Positions 28,745 to 38,554 are shown, counted from the first letter of the stretch. The stretch: 40,244 bases of DNA from an uncultured archaeon (GCA_964493715.1 CAZBPC010000023.1:1-40244); one strand, 5' to 3'. A program made the numbers and translations. Notes: generated by a model from the letters alone, not told the origin.

Positions 28745-29683
28745 ATGAATCAGATCGATATTGTAGGTTTAGGTGAGGTTGTAATCGATTGGGTTGCTGA
28801 AATCCCACATTTTCCAAAACCAGATGAAAAGATTAATGCTCTAAGTGAAAACATTTTTCCAGGAGGTGTAACCGCGAATTATTTAGTCGCAGTTGCAAGA
28901 TTGGGGGGAAAAAGTGGGTTCATTGGGGCTGTAGGAAACGATCCATATGGTGATTTTCTCATTTCTGACTTTAACAAAGAAAATGTAGACACAAATTGGA
29001 CCATCAAGAAAAATGGCAAAAAGACCCCAGTAAATTTCATCTTTCTTGTAAAAGGAGAAAAATCTATAATACAATCACCTCATATGCAGAAAACTATGAT
29101 TGAAATCTCTGACCTTAATGAAATTTCAATCAGTAATTCAAAACTATTGCACACTACCATGATTCATCGAGACATTACAGAAAAGGCTATAGAAATTGCA
29201 AAAAGAAATGATGTTAAGGTAAGTATCGATTTAGAAGCTCAAATTGCTCAAAGTGGGTGGATAAATTTAAAAAAAATGCTTTTAAACGCAGATATCATAA
29301 TTCCAAATAAAGAAGGGGCAAAAACAATAACAAATAGGAATACACCTAAAGAAGCAGCTAATATGTTGATTAAAAAAGGAATTCCTATCGTTATTATCAC
29401 CATGGGGAGTAATGGAGTATTAATTACGACCAAAAAATATCAAAAAATGATTCCAGCTTATAATATTAATAATATTGTTGATACAACTGGTGCAGGAGAT
29501 ACATTCAATGGTGCTTTTTCACTAGCATATTGGATTAAGAATTTGTCATTAGAAAAAGCCTGTAAGTTTGCAAACGCTGCTGCTGCTCTAAAAATACAGG
29601 AATTAGGTGCGCGAACTGGAATGCCTAATGAAAAATTACTTGTCAAATTTTTAAAAGAAAATGACGAATCTTTTTTCGATTAG
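28745..29683 (+). CDS. PfkB/ribokinase family carbohydrate kinase
   Basis: PGGVTAN.LVAVARLG, GAVGNDPYG, PNKEG, DTTGAGDTFNGAF, ANAAAAL. Confidence 0.92.
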   Translation: MNQIDIVGLGEVVIDWVAEIPHFPKPDEKINALSENIFPGGVTANYLVAVARLGGKSGFIGAVGNDPYGDFLISDFNKENVDTNWTIKKNGKKTPVNFIFLVKGEKSIIQSPHMQKTMIEISDLNEISISNSKLLHTTMIHRDITEKAIEIAKRNDVKVSIDLEAQIAQSGWINLKKMLLNADIIIPNKEGAKTITNRNTPKEAANMLIKKGIPIVIITMGSNGVLITTKKYQKMIPAYNINNIVDTTGAGDTFNGAFSLAYWIKNLSLEKACKFANAAAALKIQELGARTGMPNEKLLVKFLKENDESFFD

Positions 29684-29687
29684 GTAA

Positions 29688-30119
29688 TTAAGAATATATC
29701 ATACTTATTTTCTTAATATTCACGAAATTATTGATTATATCATCAAGTTTTTTCAAAAGCGTATCTGATTGTGTCTCGATTGTATTTTGACTAAAAGGCC
29801 AAGAGCCTATCAGTAAATCTCCTAATTTTTTAGTATTACCTATTAAATATCCTTCCTTTTTTTCATCCTTATATATTATCAAAATGACTATGTAATAATT
29901 AAATGAGAGCTGCTGATTCTTTGCCCCCATTTTGATTACTTCTTCGATATTTTGGATATTAATTATGTTTTCATATAAAGCACTCATACTTTTTACTGAT
30001 GATATGAAATGTGTCATATTAATATACTTATCTGATATTACATTATTAAACGTTAATGATAATGATTCCTCCATTTCTCCCATACCCCTAAATATAACTT
30101 TATAGGATACAAAACTCAT
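29688..30119 (-). CDS. Hypothetical protein
   Basis: 143-aa ATG ORF downstream of the aIF1 gene; no motif recognised. Confidence 0.6.
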   Translation of the reverse strand: MSFVSYKVIFRGMGEMEESLSLTFNNVISDKYINMTHFISSVKSMSALYENIINIQNIEEVIKMGAKNQQLSFNYYIVILIIYKDEKKEGYLIGNTKKLGDLLIGSWPFSQNTIETQSDTLLKKLDDIINNFVNIKKISMIYS

Positions 30120-30186
30120 TAAAATCTAACTCGTTAAACAGTAATTATGAATATTTGGTTAATCGAATACTTTATTATTATTTCCT

Positions 30187-30519
30187 TTAAGATCGTCTTA
30201 TCTGATCTTGTATGAGGATATTTTCTTCAGGAAATCCTTGATCCATCAAAAATTTTTTCATTTTTAACTTATGATCTCCTTGTAGTTCAATTTCGTTATC
30301 TCTTACAGTTCCGCCTGAAGCACATTTATGTTTTGCTTTTTTCAAAATATCCTTCAAATTTGCATCGAAATTACCTTCAAAAGTAATAACCGTTACGACG
30401 CGCCCCCATTTCCTCTTATCGTTAGAAATAATAATTTGTTGTTCTTCGGCGCTTAAACTATCACATATACATAGTTCTTTTGGAAAACTACATATTGGAC
30501 AAATCTCGTCGTCTTTAAT
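30187..30519 (-). CDS. Translation initiation factor aIF1 (SUI1), probable ATT start; not in ORF track
   Basis: Translated by hand: (I/M)KDDEICPICSFPKELCICDSLSAEEQQIIISNDKRKWGRVVTVITFEG...KHKCASGGTVRDNEIELQGDH...GFPEENI; these are SUI1 motifs. An in-frame TGA lies four codons upstream of the ATT. Confidence 0.93.
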   Translation of the reverse strand: MKDDEICPICSFPKELCICDSLSAEEQQIIISNDKRKWGRVVTVITFEGNFDANLKDILKKAKHKCASGGTVRDNEIELQGDHKLKMKKFLMDQGFPEENILIQDQIRRS

Positions 30520-30727
30520 GTTCTTTCTTCACAACCTTTATTGTTAAAATCTAAATAAATTTCAGTGCTAAAAATTAATAGACCTAAATCTTATAAAAAC
30601 CTTTTTTATTTCGTTAATTTATTAAAAAGATAAATTTTTATACATGAACCTAGTTTTGTAATTTAGCAGTTGAGATAAAAAATATGCTCTATAAAACTAT
30701 TATCGATCAAATATTAAGTTATTAATC

Positions 30728-31252
30728 ATGTATAACTCTTGGATATTTAAAGTCATCATTGCAGGTGCTGGAGGAGTTGGTAAAACAGCAATGGTCACCA
30801 GATATTGTACAGGAAGCTTCCAAGATGGATACAAAATGACAATCGGTGCGGGATTTAACACCAAATCTGAAGTTTTAGATACAGGGGAAACTGTAAAAAT
30901 GCAACTATGGGATTTTGCAGGAGAAAAACGATTTAGAGAATTGCTTCCTGATTATTGCAAGGGTGCAAGTGGCGCGTTTATATGTTTTGATTTGACAGAT
31001 TACGATACATTTCGCGATGTCCCGGAGTGGTTAAAAATTATTCGTCAAAAAGCAGGATTCATTCCAATTATATTATTAGGAATGAAATGGGATCTGGATA
31101 ATCATGAAATTGACCCCGAAGTTGCTCACGATTATGCTGAAAAAGCGAAGTGCAATCAATGTGTGTTTTGCTCCTCAAAAGAAGATTTGAACATTGTAGA
31201 ATCATTTCAAGCCATGGCTAAATGGCTTATTTACTACGCTTCCCAAGATTAA
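30728..31252 (+). CDS. Small GTPase, Rab/Ras-like (Asgard eukaryotic-signature protein)
   Basis: G1 GAGGVGKT, G2 YKMTIG, G3 LWDFAGE.RF, G4 variant MKWD, G5 CSSK; no C-terminal prenylation motif. Confidence 0.92.
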   Translation: MYNSWIFKVIIAGAGGVGKTAMVTRYCTGSFQDGYKMTIGAGFNTKSEVLDTGETVKMQLWDFAGEKRFRELLPDYCKGASGAFICFDLTDYDTFRDVPEWLKIIRQKAGFIPIILLGMKWDLDNHEIDPEVAHDYAEKAKCNQCVFCSSKEDLNIVESFQAMAKWLIYYASQD

Positions 31253-31412
31253 AATCATTAAATGAAAATTTTTAATTCTAAGAACGCATTTTTAAATAAC
31301 TCAATTATATCGAAAAACCTAAAAAGGAATGTTAATATCATTAATTAATCGAGATGCATTCTTCAATGCTTCTTTAAACACAAGTTTGATATAGGAATTT
31401 AACAAAAACCAA

Positions 31413-31581
31413 GCCTCGGTAGCTCAGTTAGATAGGTCAGAGCAACGCTTCGGTGTGCTAGGCAAAGTAGAGCACCCGGCTCAAATAATGGATTTTTCAT
31501 TATTTCCGGAAGTTAACCGGGCGGTCGCATGTTCGATCCATAAGATCTTCGACCTCCGAAGATCTGGAAAAGCCCGGGGCG
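31413..31581 (+). tRNA. tRNA-Asn(GTT) with three introns (D-loop about 31432-31466; 33/34: 31482-31511; 63/64: 31542-31571)
   Basis: Spliced form GCCTCGG-TA-GCTC-AGTTAG^GTA-GAGC-A-CCCGG-CT^GTTAA-CCGGG-CGGTC-GCATG-TTCGATC-CAT^GC-CCGGGGC-G, with BHB-like motifs at the junctions. Confidence 0.85.
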
Positions 31582-31748
31582 TTAAGTTCCTCTCTCCCTT
31601 TATTTAATTGTCTGAATTTTATCATAATTTCATAACTTATTCTAACTGCGAAAAACAATTAATATGAAAAATGATATTCGAAGCTAATTAGAATGAAATT
31701 CGAATATTAGTAGTATAAAAATATCTGTTTAAAATAAAAAAATATTTA

Positions 31749-31883
31749 TGCTCCCGCCGGGATTCGAACCCGGTTAATGATACAGAACGAAGCGATCTGT
31801 ATTGTCGCCAGGGTGAAAGCCTAGTATGCCAAGCCCTTCCCTTTATATAGAATGAAAGATTGGCCGGACTACACTACGGGAGC
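31749..31883 (-). tRNA. tRNA-Glu(TTC) with two introns (D arm: 31830-31859; variable/T-stem junction: 31774-31803)
   Basis: GCTCCCG/CGGGAGC acceptor, CTAGG-CTTTCAC-CCTGG anticodon arm, CCGGG-TTCGAAT-CCCGG T arm; both inserts form hairpins. Confidence 0.88.
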
Positions 31884-32015
31884 TTGAATTTAAATTATCT
31901 TTTTCTATTGATCAAAACAATTTAAATATAACTTCCTAATTAATCGTTGATTTTAAATTTTATTATCATAGAGTTAGAACAGAAAAAATCATATTCTATT
32001 GATAGAAGAGAAATA

Positions 32016-32100
32016 TGCGGGAAGAGGGATTTGAACCCCCGAACTCCTACGAGACTGGATTCTAAGTCCAGCGCCTTTAACCAGACTTGGCAATTCCCGC
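32016..32100 (-). tRNA. tRNA-Leu(TAG), intronless
   Basis: GCGGGAA/TTCCCGC acceptor, CTGGA-CTTAGAA-TCCAG anticodon arm, long variable arm, GGTTCAAATCC. Confidence 0.95.
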
Positions 32101-32263
32101 GTAATTATATAAAAGATATATTGATAGGAATCCTATATTATATTCAAAATATTGAGACATAATTAAATTTTTCACTTGTAGAAAACCGTCATGATAGATA
32201 AAGATAAAAAAGAGAAATATTTTAGAATAAATATTAGAGTTATTTAAACAACCAAATTACCCA

Positions 32264-33274
32264 TTGGTCTTTTTTATGAGTGTTCGAGAATCCTTAATTA
32301 AGTATCTGACATCAATATTACGTTCTTCCCAGGGAACAATATTAGTAGTTCTATGTGATTTAGATGGTCTTTCGATTGCTAAAATAGGGCGGAAAAGTGA
32401 TATTGATATAAATCCAAACCAAATCACTAGTTTAGCTTCGGCAGCATTTTCAGCGAGTGGGGAAAATTGGGAAGATTTGAACATAAAAGACCAAGTAATA
32501 TCATTTTCATATTTTGATAAAATATGTTTAATTACAATCAGAATAAATGATACTCTATTAACGATAGTACATGATTATAATAAAGAATGGCCTCTGGATG
32601 CCGATAATTTAGCGAGCTCTATGTATTATTTAAAGCAGAAATTGAGTGAGTTTTTTGGAAATTATATAGAGTCAGAAAATGAACTTGAATTATTCTCAAA
32701 TAGAGTAAGAAGTGCAATATATTTATTTGGAATGGGTTCAGAAGTCCCATTTGTATCCTATGCTCCTGAAAATTATGACGAAACAAATCTCCTGCCTGCG
32801 ATAAGTTATGTGTTAAATTCTATACAAAATCCTATTTTCATTAGATATAGCCTTGTAAGCCCGGCAGGCTTAACGATAGATGCTCGTGAGGTTAGTGGTC
32901 AAAATTTGCCAATTTCCGTTGAAGCTTTTTCAGCAAATGCGAATGTTGGATTTCAAAAAATGAAGGAAGAATCCGAAGGGAGCTCTCTTGGAGACTTACT
33001 TAGTTATATCACAATCTCAGGTAATGATCCCGAAAATTTCTATGGAATAATAACTTGCCACGCCGGAATTTTAAAATACTCAAAATTAGAAGAGGTTTCA
33101 AATTCAGAAAGTATATCTTTTGTTGGTTTATTCACTTTAACTTATGGGGGAATACCAATAATATGCGAGTCTAGAAATGTGATATTTTCCATTTTATCTA
33201 TAATTGGTTCCGAACCTACAACAGATAACTTCATTAAAGCTATCAATGTATTAACTAGTTTTAAATATGAATGA
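32264..33274 (+). CDS. Roadblock/LC7 domain protein, probably with tandem domains (ATG 32276 likely start)
   Basis: VVLCDLDGLSIA....ITSLASAAFSASGE Roadblock pattern, and a second degenerate copy (YSLVSPAGLTIDA...EAFSANANVGF). Confidence 0.72.
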   Translation: MVFFMSVRESLIKYLTSILRSSQGTILVVLCDLDGLSIAKIGRKSDIDINPNQITSLASAAFSASGENWEDLNIKDQVISFSYFDKICLITIRINDTLLTIVHDYNKEWPLDADNLASSMYYLKQKLSEFFGNYIESENELELFSNRVRSAIYLFGMGSEVPFVSYAPENYDETNLLPAISYVLNSIQNPIFIRYSLVSPAGLTIDAREVSGQNLPISVEAFSANANVGFQKMKEESEGSSLGDLLSYITISGNDPENFYGIITCHAGILKYSKLEEVSNSESISFVGLFTLTYGGIPIICESRNVIFSILSIIGSEPTTDNFIKAINVLTSFKYE

Positions 33275-33752
33275 AAAACAAGGAACGCGCATCTTAAGTA
33301 TGAATTCTAATTCAATTATCCCCCTTTTGTATTGTCTTCATTTAAATGAATGTGATCCAAAGAAATGCACTGCTCTAAAACTGAAAAGGTTAAATTTACT
33401 CAAAATAATTTCAAAAATTAGTGGAGACTTGCAAAAGGCCATTGTCTTAACACCATTATCACATAAAGTAATATCTATAGGAGATAAGTCTATTATTACA
33501 AATCATGGTTTGATTGTGATAGATTGTTCTTGGAAACATTTATTTGATTTAAAATTGGGTAATTTTAGCAGAGGACGAAAACTCCCTCCTCTTATAGCAG
33601 CTAATCCAATTAATTATGGTAAATGGGAAAAATTGAGCTCTGTTGAAGCTTTAGCTGCTGCTCTTTATATCACAGATTTCACCGAAGACGCTGAATTGAT
33701 TCTTTCAAAATTTTCTTGGGGGATTCAATTTAAATATTTAAATAAATTTTAA
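33267..33752 (+). CDS. tsr3: rRNA aminocarboxypropyltransferase Tsr3
   Basis: ECDPKKCTALKL, IDCSW, RKLPPLIAANPINYGK, LSSVEALAAALYI, F.WG..F..LN. Confidence 0.95.
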   Translation: MNEKQGTRILSMNSNSIIPLLYCLHLNECDPKKCTALKLKRLNLLKIISKISGDLQKAIVLTPLSHKVISIGDKSIITNHGLIVIDCSWKHLFDLKLGNFSRGRKLPPLIAANPINYGKWEKLSSVEALAAALYITDFTEDAELILSKFSWGIQFKYLNKF

Positions 33753-33791
33753 AAATAAGAAAATAAGAATATTAAAAAAAATTGTAGTAAT

Positions 33792-35396
33792 CTAATCTTC
33801 TCCGCCTTTTGATAAACCAGAAGATGCTATAACATCATCAATTTTCAGGATCATTGATGCTACTTCAGTTGCAGACTGAATTGCTTGTGTTAATATAGTA
33901 AGAGGCTCAATTACTCCCAAAGTGATCATATTATCAGGTTTTCCAGTATCAATATTGATACCATATGATTGACCATTTTCTGCTTCATGTTTTGATCGTA
34001 AATCTACTAATAAATCAATTGGGTTGTATCCCGCATTCTCTACTAATGTTTTAGGGATAATCTCTAAAGCATTTGCATAAATTTCTATAGCTAATTGCTC
34101 TCTGCCTCCAATTGAATGAGCAAATGTTCTTAATCTTTTTGCTAATTCAATTTCGGAAGCACCACCACCAGGTAAAATATATGGAATTTCTATAGCCGCT
34201 TTAACAACAGATAACGCGTCATGAAGCATTCTTTCAGCCTCATCAACTACATGTTCGATACCTGCTCTGATTAGGATGCTAACGGCTTTAGGATCCGAGC
34301 ATTCAGATACAATAATCATATTATCGTCCCCAATCTTCTTTTCTTCTACTTTCCCTGCTTTTCCAATATCAGAATTTGTAATTTCGAAAAGATTATTTAT
34401 AATTTTTGCATTAGTAGCTCTTGCTAGTTTTTCCATATCTGATTTTTTAACTCTTCGAACAGTTAGAATATTTTCCTGAGCGAGGTAATTTTGAGCTTTA
34501 TCATCAATTCCTTTTTGACAAAATACGACATTCGCACCTGATTCCTTCAATTTTATTACCCGCCTCCTAAGCATGTTGGCTTCTTCTTCTAGAAATTTAT
34601 TGAGCTGATCTGGAGTTTGAACTCGAATTTCAGCATCAAATTCTGTTTTTTCTACTTCTAATGATGAGTCGATCAAAGCAATTTTAGCATCCTTGACTAA
34701 CTTGGGCATCATAGGATGAACTACTTCTTTATCAACGATAACTCCTTCAATAATAGATGTGTCAAAAAGGCTTTTACCTTCTTTTTTGATGATTTGAATT
34801 TGATCTAAATCAATGATAACGTTCTCGCCACGATTTTCTTTTATTTGATTGACAGCTTTAACGGCGATATGAGCGAAATTATTTTTTACTCCCGTTATTA
34901 GTTTGCTATTCATTGATGTTTCAGCGACTTTTACTAGCGTTTTTTCATCATTTATATCAATCTTTTGAGCAAGATCTTTTAGGATTTTTTTACTTTGTAC
35001 TAGCGCTTTTCTATATCCTCTAATTATAATAGTGGGATGAACAGATTGTTCCATCAGTTCTTGCGCAAGATTTAATAATTCTCCAGAGATTATAACACTT
35101 GTAGTTGTACCATCTCCAACTTTATTATCTTGAGTTTTAGCTACCTCCACTATCATTTTAGCTGCTGGATGTTCTACATCGATAGTATCTAAGATCGTTG
35201 CGCCATCATTTGTTATGGTGACATCTCCTAATGAATCAACCAGCATTTTATCCATTCCTTTTGGTCCAAGTGTAGTTCTTACAGCCTCTGCTACGGCTAT
35301 TGCTGCAGCAATATTGTTCTTTTGAGCATCTTTTCCTTGTTTTCTTTCAGTTCCTTCTTTAAGAATTAATATAGGAACACCAGATAATTGTGCCAT
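33792..35396 (-). CDS. Thermosome (group II chaperonin) subunit
   Basis: [44 protein letters not shown]. Confidence 0.97.
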   Translation of the reverse strand: MAQLSGVPILILKEGTERKQGKDAQKNNIAAAIAVAEAVRTTLGPKGMDKMLVDSLGDVTITNDGATILDTIDVEHPAAKMIVEVAKTQDNKVGDGTTTSVIISGELLNLAQELMEQSVHPTIIIRGYRKALVQSKKILKDLAQKIDINDEKTLVKVAETSMNSKLITGVKNNFAHIAVKAVNQIKENRGENVIIDLDQIQIIKKEGKSLFDTSIIEGVIVDKEVVHPMMPKLVKDAKIALIDSSLEVEKTEFDAEIRVQTPDQLNKFLEEEANMLRRRVIKLKESGANVVFCQKGIDDKAQNYLAQENILTVRRVKKSDMEKLARATNAKIINNLFEITNSDIGKAGKVEEKKIGDDNMIIVSECSDPKAVSILIRAGIEHVVDEAERMLHDALSVVKAAIEIPYILPGGGASEIELAKRLRTFAHSIGGREQLAIEIYANALEIIPKTLVENAGYNPIDLLVDLRSKHEAENGQSYGINIDTGKPDNMITLGVIEPLTILTQAIQSATEVASMILKIDDVIASSGLSKGGED

Positions 35397-35544
35397 TTAA
35401 TGTTCACTTTTTAAGTTGAAATAATTTATGTATATATATAGATCTCTAAGTCATAAAATTAAAAAAGTTTACGAAAAATGAATATTAATCCCATATTTGT
35501 TGAAATTTGTGTGGTTTTTAACTTTTAATTAAAATTTTTATCTG

Positions 35545-37305
35545 ATGATTATAATATTTTTTATTTTGAGTTTAATTTGTATGGTTAATAGTGTCATTTA
35601 TTGGTTTTACAAGAAAAGAGGTTATTCACTAAGGATCTATGCAATTTATTTAATTTCGAATTTTACATTAAGTTTTGGGTTCTTTATTTATAACTTATTT
35701 TTTTTTATCGAAACAAGGCCTATAGAGATTTTAATACAATTTAATGATATTATCGGGTTTATATTTATATTTAATATCTCTGTAATAATCTTAGGTATAT
35801 CTATCATATTGTTTATATTAAGTTCATTAAAATCATCCAAACTCCTCTTAAATTTAGATTCTCCTTCATATATAGAAGCAAAGGAAGGTAATATTAAATT
35901 AGGTCGTGTAATTAGAGAAAAGGGTTTGAAATATTTTTATTATTTATCATTAAAAGATTTAGAAAAGCACTTATTTGTTTGTGGTTCAACAGGAACTGGA
36001 AAAAGCAACTTTTTACAACACTTTTTAATTAATTTTAAAAATATTTTCAATATACCTTTTTTTCTTGTAGAATTTAAGGGAGAATATCATTTTATGCAAA
36101 GAATGATTGAAGATTTGATAGTTTTATGGCCTGGGGAGAATTTTTCAATTAATATTTTTGATCCTGATGGAGTGGATCCTTTAATTCATTCAGAGAGAAT
36201 TTTTGATATTTTTAAAAGTGGGAAATTTATAGATGAAAATTCCGAGTATTCACCACAAATGGAAAAAGTTTTAATAGATATTTTGGCAAAAACATGTTCA
36301 GATAAGAAATACCAGAGTTGGCAGGGATTTGAGGAATGTTGCAAATTATATCTTGATGATAATCAGAAATCCATTCCAATGTTAAAACAGACTTTAATCA
36401 GTATAAATAACAGAATAAGAAGATTTTCGCAAGGTCCATTAAAGGCTCTATTCGAACCATATGATAAAATAACAGTTGATTATTTATTTAAGATGAATGT
36501 TATATTAGATTTGAGTTCAATAATTCGCTTAGGTGGAGAAAAAGAAGATGCTCTCTTTTTCTTAAATATGATTCTTAAATATCTGTGGGATAAAAATTTG
36601 GCCAATGGAGCCCTCGATTATAAAGGAATAAAGCATATAACAATTATTGAAGATGCTCAATATTTTGCTCCTCAAGGGTTGATTAAAAAATCCAAATTAA
36701 CCTCATATTTAGAAGACATAGCACTTTTACAACGCGGGACTGGAGAGTGTTTAATAACATTAGCTACTCGTCCAGACATAAGTAAAGAAATCCTTGCTAA
36801 TAATGGAGTTGTAATAACCTTTAAAAATCACATAGAAAAGGAGTTAATGTGTGAACTGTTAAATTTAGATATAGAGAAAAAGAATTATTTATCTGCATTA
36901 GAAGAGGGACAGTGTATTATTCGTGTTAATTCGCTAAAGGATCCTTTCATTTTGCACATCCCCTTGATAAAACGCGAAACACTAACAGTAATTGAAATCA
37001 AGAAGAAAAATGACGATGTATTACGGAAAATAAAGAAGTCCTTCTTATTAGGTGAAAATCAAGATTATGGACTAAAAGGCTATAATATAAGTAAATTTAA
37101 GAATGCCTTGATCAAATTATTACCTTTAATCCATATCATTCAAAAATTAATGAAGAAAAAGAAAGGAGAAATATTTAAGAAATCAAGGTTTAACAATAGT
37201 TTAAATTGTTATAACATTAAAAAATTTGCTGATCTTAAAGACTCAGAAGAATTAGAAGGTTTTAAAGAGTTAATCATTAAATTATATGATTCAGAGTTAA
37301 AGTAA
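35545..37305 (+). CDS. Membrane-anchored HerA/FtsK/VirB4-superfamily ATPase (DUF87-like)
   Basis: Three N-terminal hydrophobic segments, KHLFVCGSTGTGKS Walker A, EFKGEY, INIFDP, IIEDAQ Walker B variant, QRGTG, ATRP. Confidence 0.82.
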   Translation: MIIIFFILSLICMVNSVIYWFYKKRGYSLRIYAIYLISNFTLSFGFFIYNLFFFIETRPIEILIQFNDIIGFIFIFNISVIILGISIILFILSSLKSSKLLLNLDSPSYIEAKEGNIKLGRVIREKGLKYFYYLSLKDLEKHLFVCGSTGTGKSNFLQHFLINFKNIFNIPFFLVEFKGEYHFMQRMIEDLIVLWPGENFSINIFDPDGVDPLIHSERIFDIFKSGKFIDENSEYSPQMEKVLIDILAKTCSDKKYQSWQGFEECCKLYLDDNQKSIPMLKQTLISINNRIRRFSQGPLKALFEPYDKITVDYLFKMNVILDLSSIIRLGGEKEDALFFLNMILKYLWDKNLANGALDYKGIKHITIIEDAQYFAPQGLIKKSKLTSYLEDIALLQRGTGECLITLATRPDISKEILANNGVVITFKNHIEKELMCELLNLDIEKKNYLSALEEGQCIIRVNSLKDPFILHIPLIKRETLTVIEIKKKNDDVLRKIKKSFLLGENQDYGLKGYNISKFKNALIKLLPLIHIIQKLMKKKKGEIFKKSRFNNSLNCYNIKKFADLKDSEELEGFKELIIKLYDSELK

Positions 37306-37339
37306 AAATTTTTAGACTCTTGTAACCTATCACATAATA

Positions 37340-38551
37340 ATGACGATTATAATTGGCATAATTGGAAAACCAAGCGCGGGTAAATCTACTTTTTTAAATG
37401 CAGCATGTATGACTAATGCTAAAGTTAGTGAAGTTCCATTTACAACTATTAATCCAAATATTGGTGTAGCATATGTTAGGGTAAAATGTGTTTGCAAGGA
37501 ATTAAATCTGAATGACAATCCACAAAACTCAACTTGTATTGAGGGAAATCGTTTTATTCCTATCAATCTAATGGACGTTGCAGGACTTGTACCTGATGCC
37601 CATAAGGGAAAGGGATTAGGTAATCGTTTTTTAAATGATTTAAGTAAAGCAGACGTACTTATTCATATCTTAGATATAACAGGTTCTTTAGATAAGATGG
37701 GACAAAGAACAAGTGAAGGATTAAACGAACCTTATGAAGATATAATCTTTTTAGAGTCAGAAATAAATTTATGGTTTAAGCAAATTTTAGAAAGAGAAGA
37801 TTGGAATAAATTCATTAAATCAATTGCTCGAGAGAAAGGAAAATTCATAAATGAATTGTACAATCGATTATCAGGAGTAAAGATTAGAAAGTCTGATATA
37901 AAGAAAGCACTTAATAATTCAAATTTAGATAATATAAACCCATCATCTTGGTCTGAAGAAGATATTCTTCTTTTTGCAAAGAAATTAAGAGAAATATCAA
38001 AACCAATTTTGATCGTGGCAAATAAAATTGATAAGGATATTGGAAAAGAAAACTTTAATGAATTAAAGAAAAAATATGATAGTCCAATATTTCCTTGTAG
38101 CGCTCTTGCTGAACATGTTTTAAGAAAATTCGAGGAAAATGGTATCTTGAGTTACATACCAGGATCGAATAATTTTCAAATAATCCAAAAAGAAAAACTA
38201 GCTCAAAAAGATCTAGAGATCTTAAAAAACATAAAGGAAAAAATATTAGATAATTACGGTAGTACGGGTGTCCAAGATATTTTGAATTATGCTATATTTA
38301 ATATAGCAAATCAGATTTGTGTTTACCCCGTCTCTGATATGAACAATTTTACTGATAATAAGAATAATATTTTACCTGATGCGATATTAGTTAAGAAAGG
38401 TACTTTATTAAGAGATTTTGTAAGAGAGAAGATTCATTCTGAACTAGCAGAACATTTTATTCTTGGTATTGATGCAAGAACTAAAAAGAGAATAGGTGAA
38501 AATTACGTACTTCAAAATAATGATATTATAAAAATAGTAACTTCAAAATAA
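37340..38551 (+). CDS. ychF: YchF/OLA1-family ATPase
   Basis: GKPSAGKST, PFTTINPNIG, DVAGLVPDAHKGKGLGNRFL, ANKID, C-terminal TGS domain. Confidence 0.93.
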   Translation: MTIIIGIIGKPSAGKSTFLNAACMTNAKVSEVPFTTINPNIGVAYVRVKCVCKELNLNDNPQNSTCIEGNRFIPINLMDVAGLVPDAHKGKGLGNRFLNDLSKADVLIHILDITGSLDKMGQRTSEGLNEPYEDIIFLESEINLWFKQILEREDWNKFIKSIAREKGKFINELYNRLSGVKIRKSDIKKALNNSNLDNINPSSWSEEDILLFAKKLREISKPILIVANKIDKDIGKENFNELKKKYDSPIFPCSALAEHVLRKFEENGILSYIPGSNNFQIIQKEKLAQKDLEILKNIKEKILDNYGSTGVQDILNYAIFNIANQICVYPVSDMNNFTDNKNNILPDAILVKKGTLLRDFVREKIHSELAEHFILGIDARTKKRIGENYVLQNNDIIKIVTSK

Positions 38552-38554
38552 GAA

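Noticed and set aside
30529-30534. TTG-TGA in frame with aIF1 read as selenocysteine readthrough
   Set aside because: The TGA does not align with a conserved Cys of SUI1 and I see no SECIS-like element; AUU initiation is simpler.
31661-31710. Short repeat AATGA(T/A)ATTCGAA twice between convergent tRNAs
   Set aside because: Only two short AT-rich copies; not a CRISPR array and compatible with chance.
31947-32162. 71-aa ORF
   Set aside because: It is antisense across tRNA-Leu(TAG); CGKRDLNPRTP is a typical tRNA shadow translation.
837-37566. Other short ORFs nested opposite recognised genes (e.g. 837-1349, 5390-5734, 22036-22338, 24173-24466, 25130-25519, 37330-37566)
   Set aside because: They overlap well-supported genes on the opposite strand, have Ile/Ser/Phe-rich shadow composition and show no motifs.
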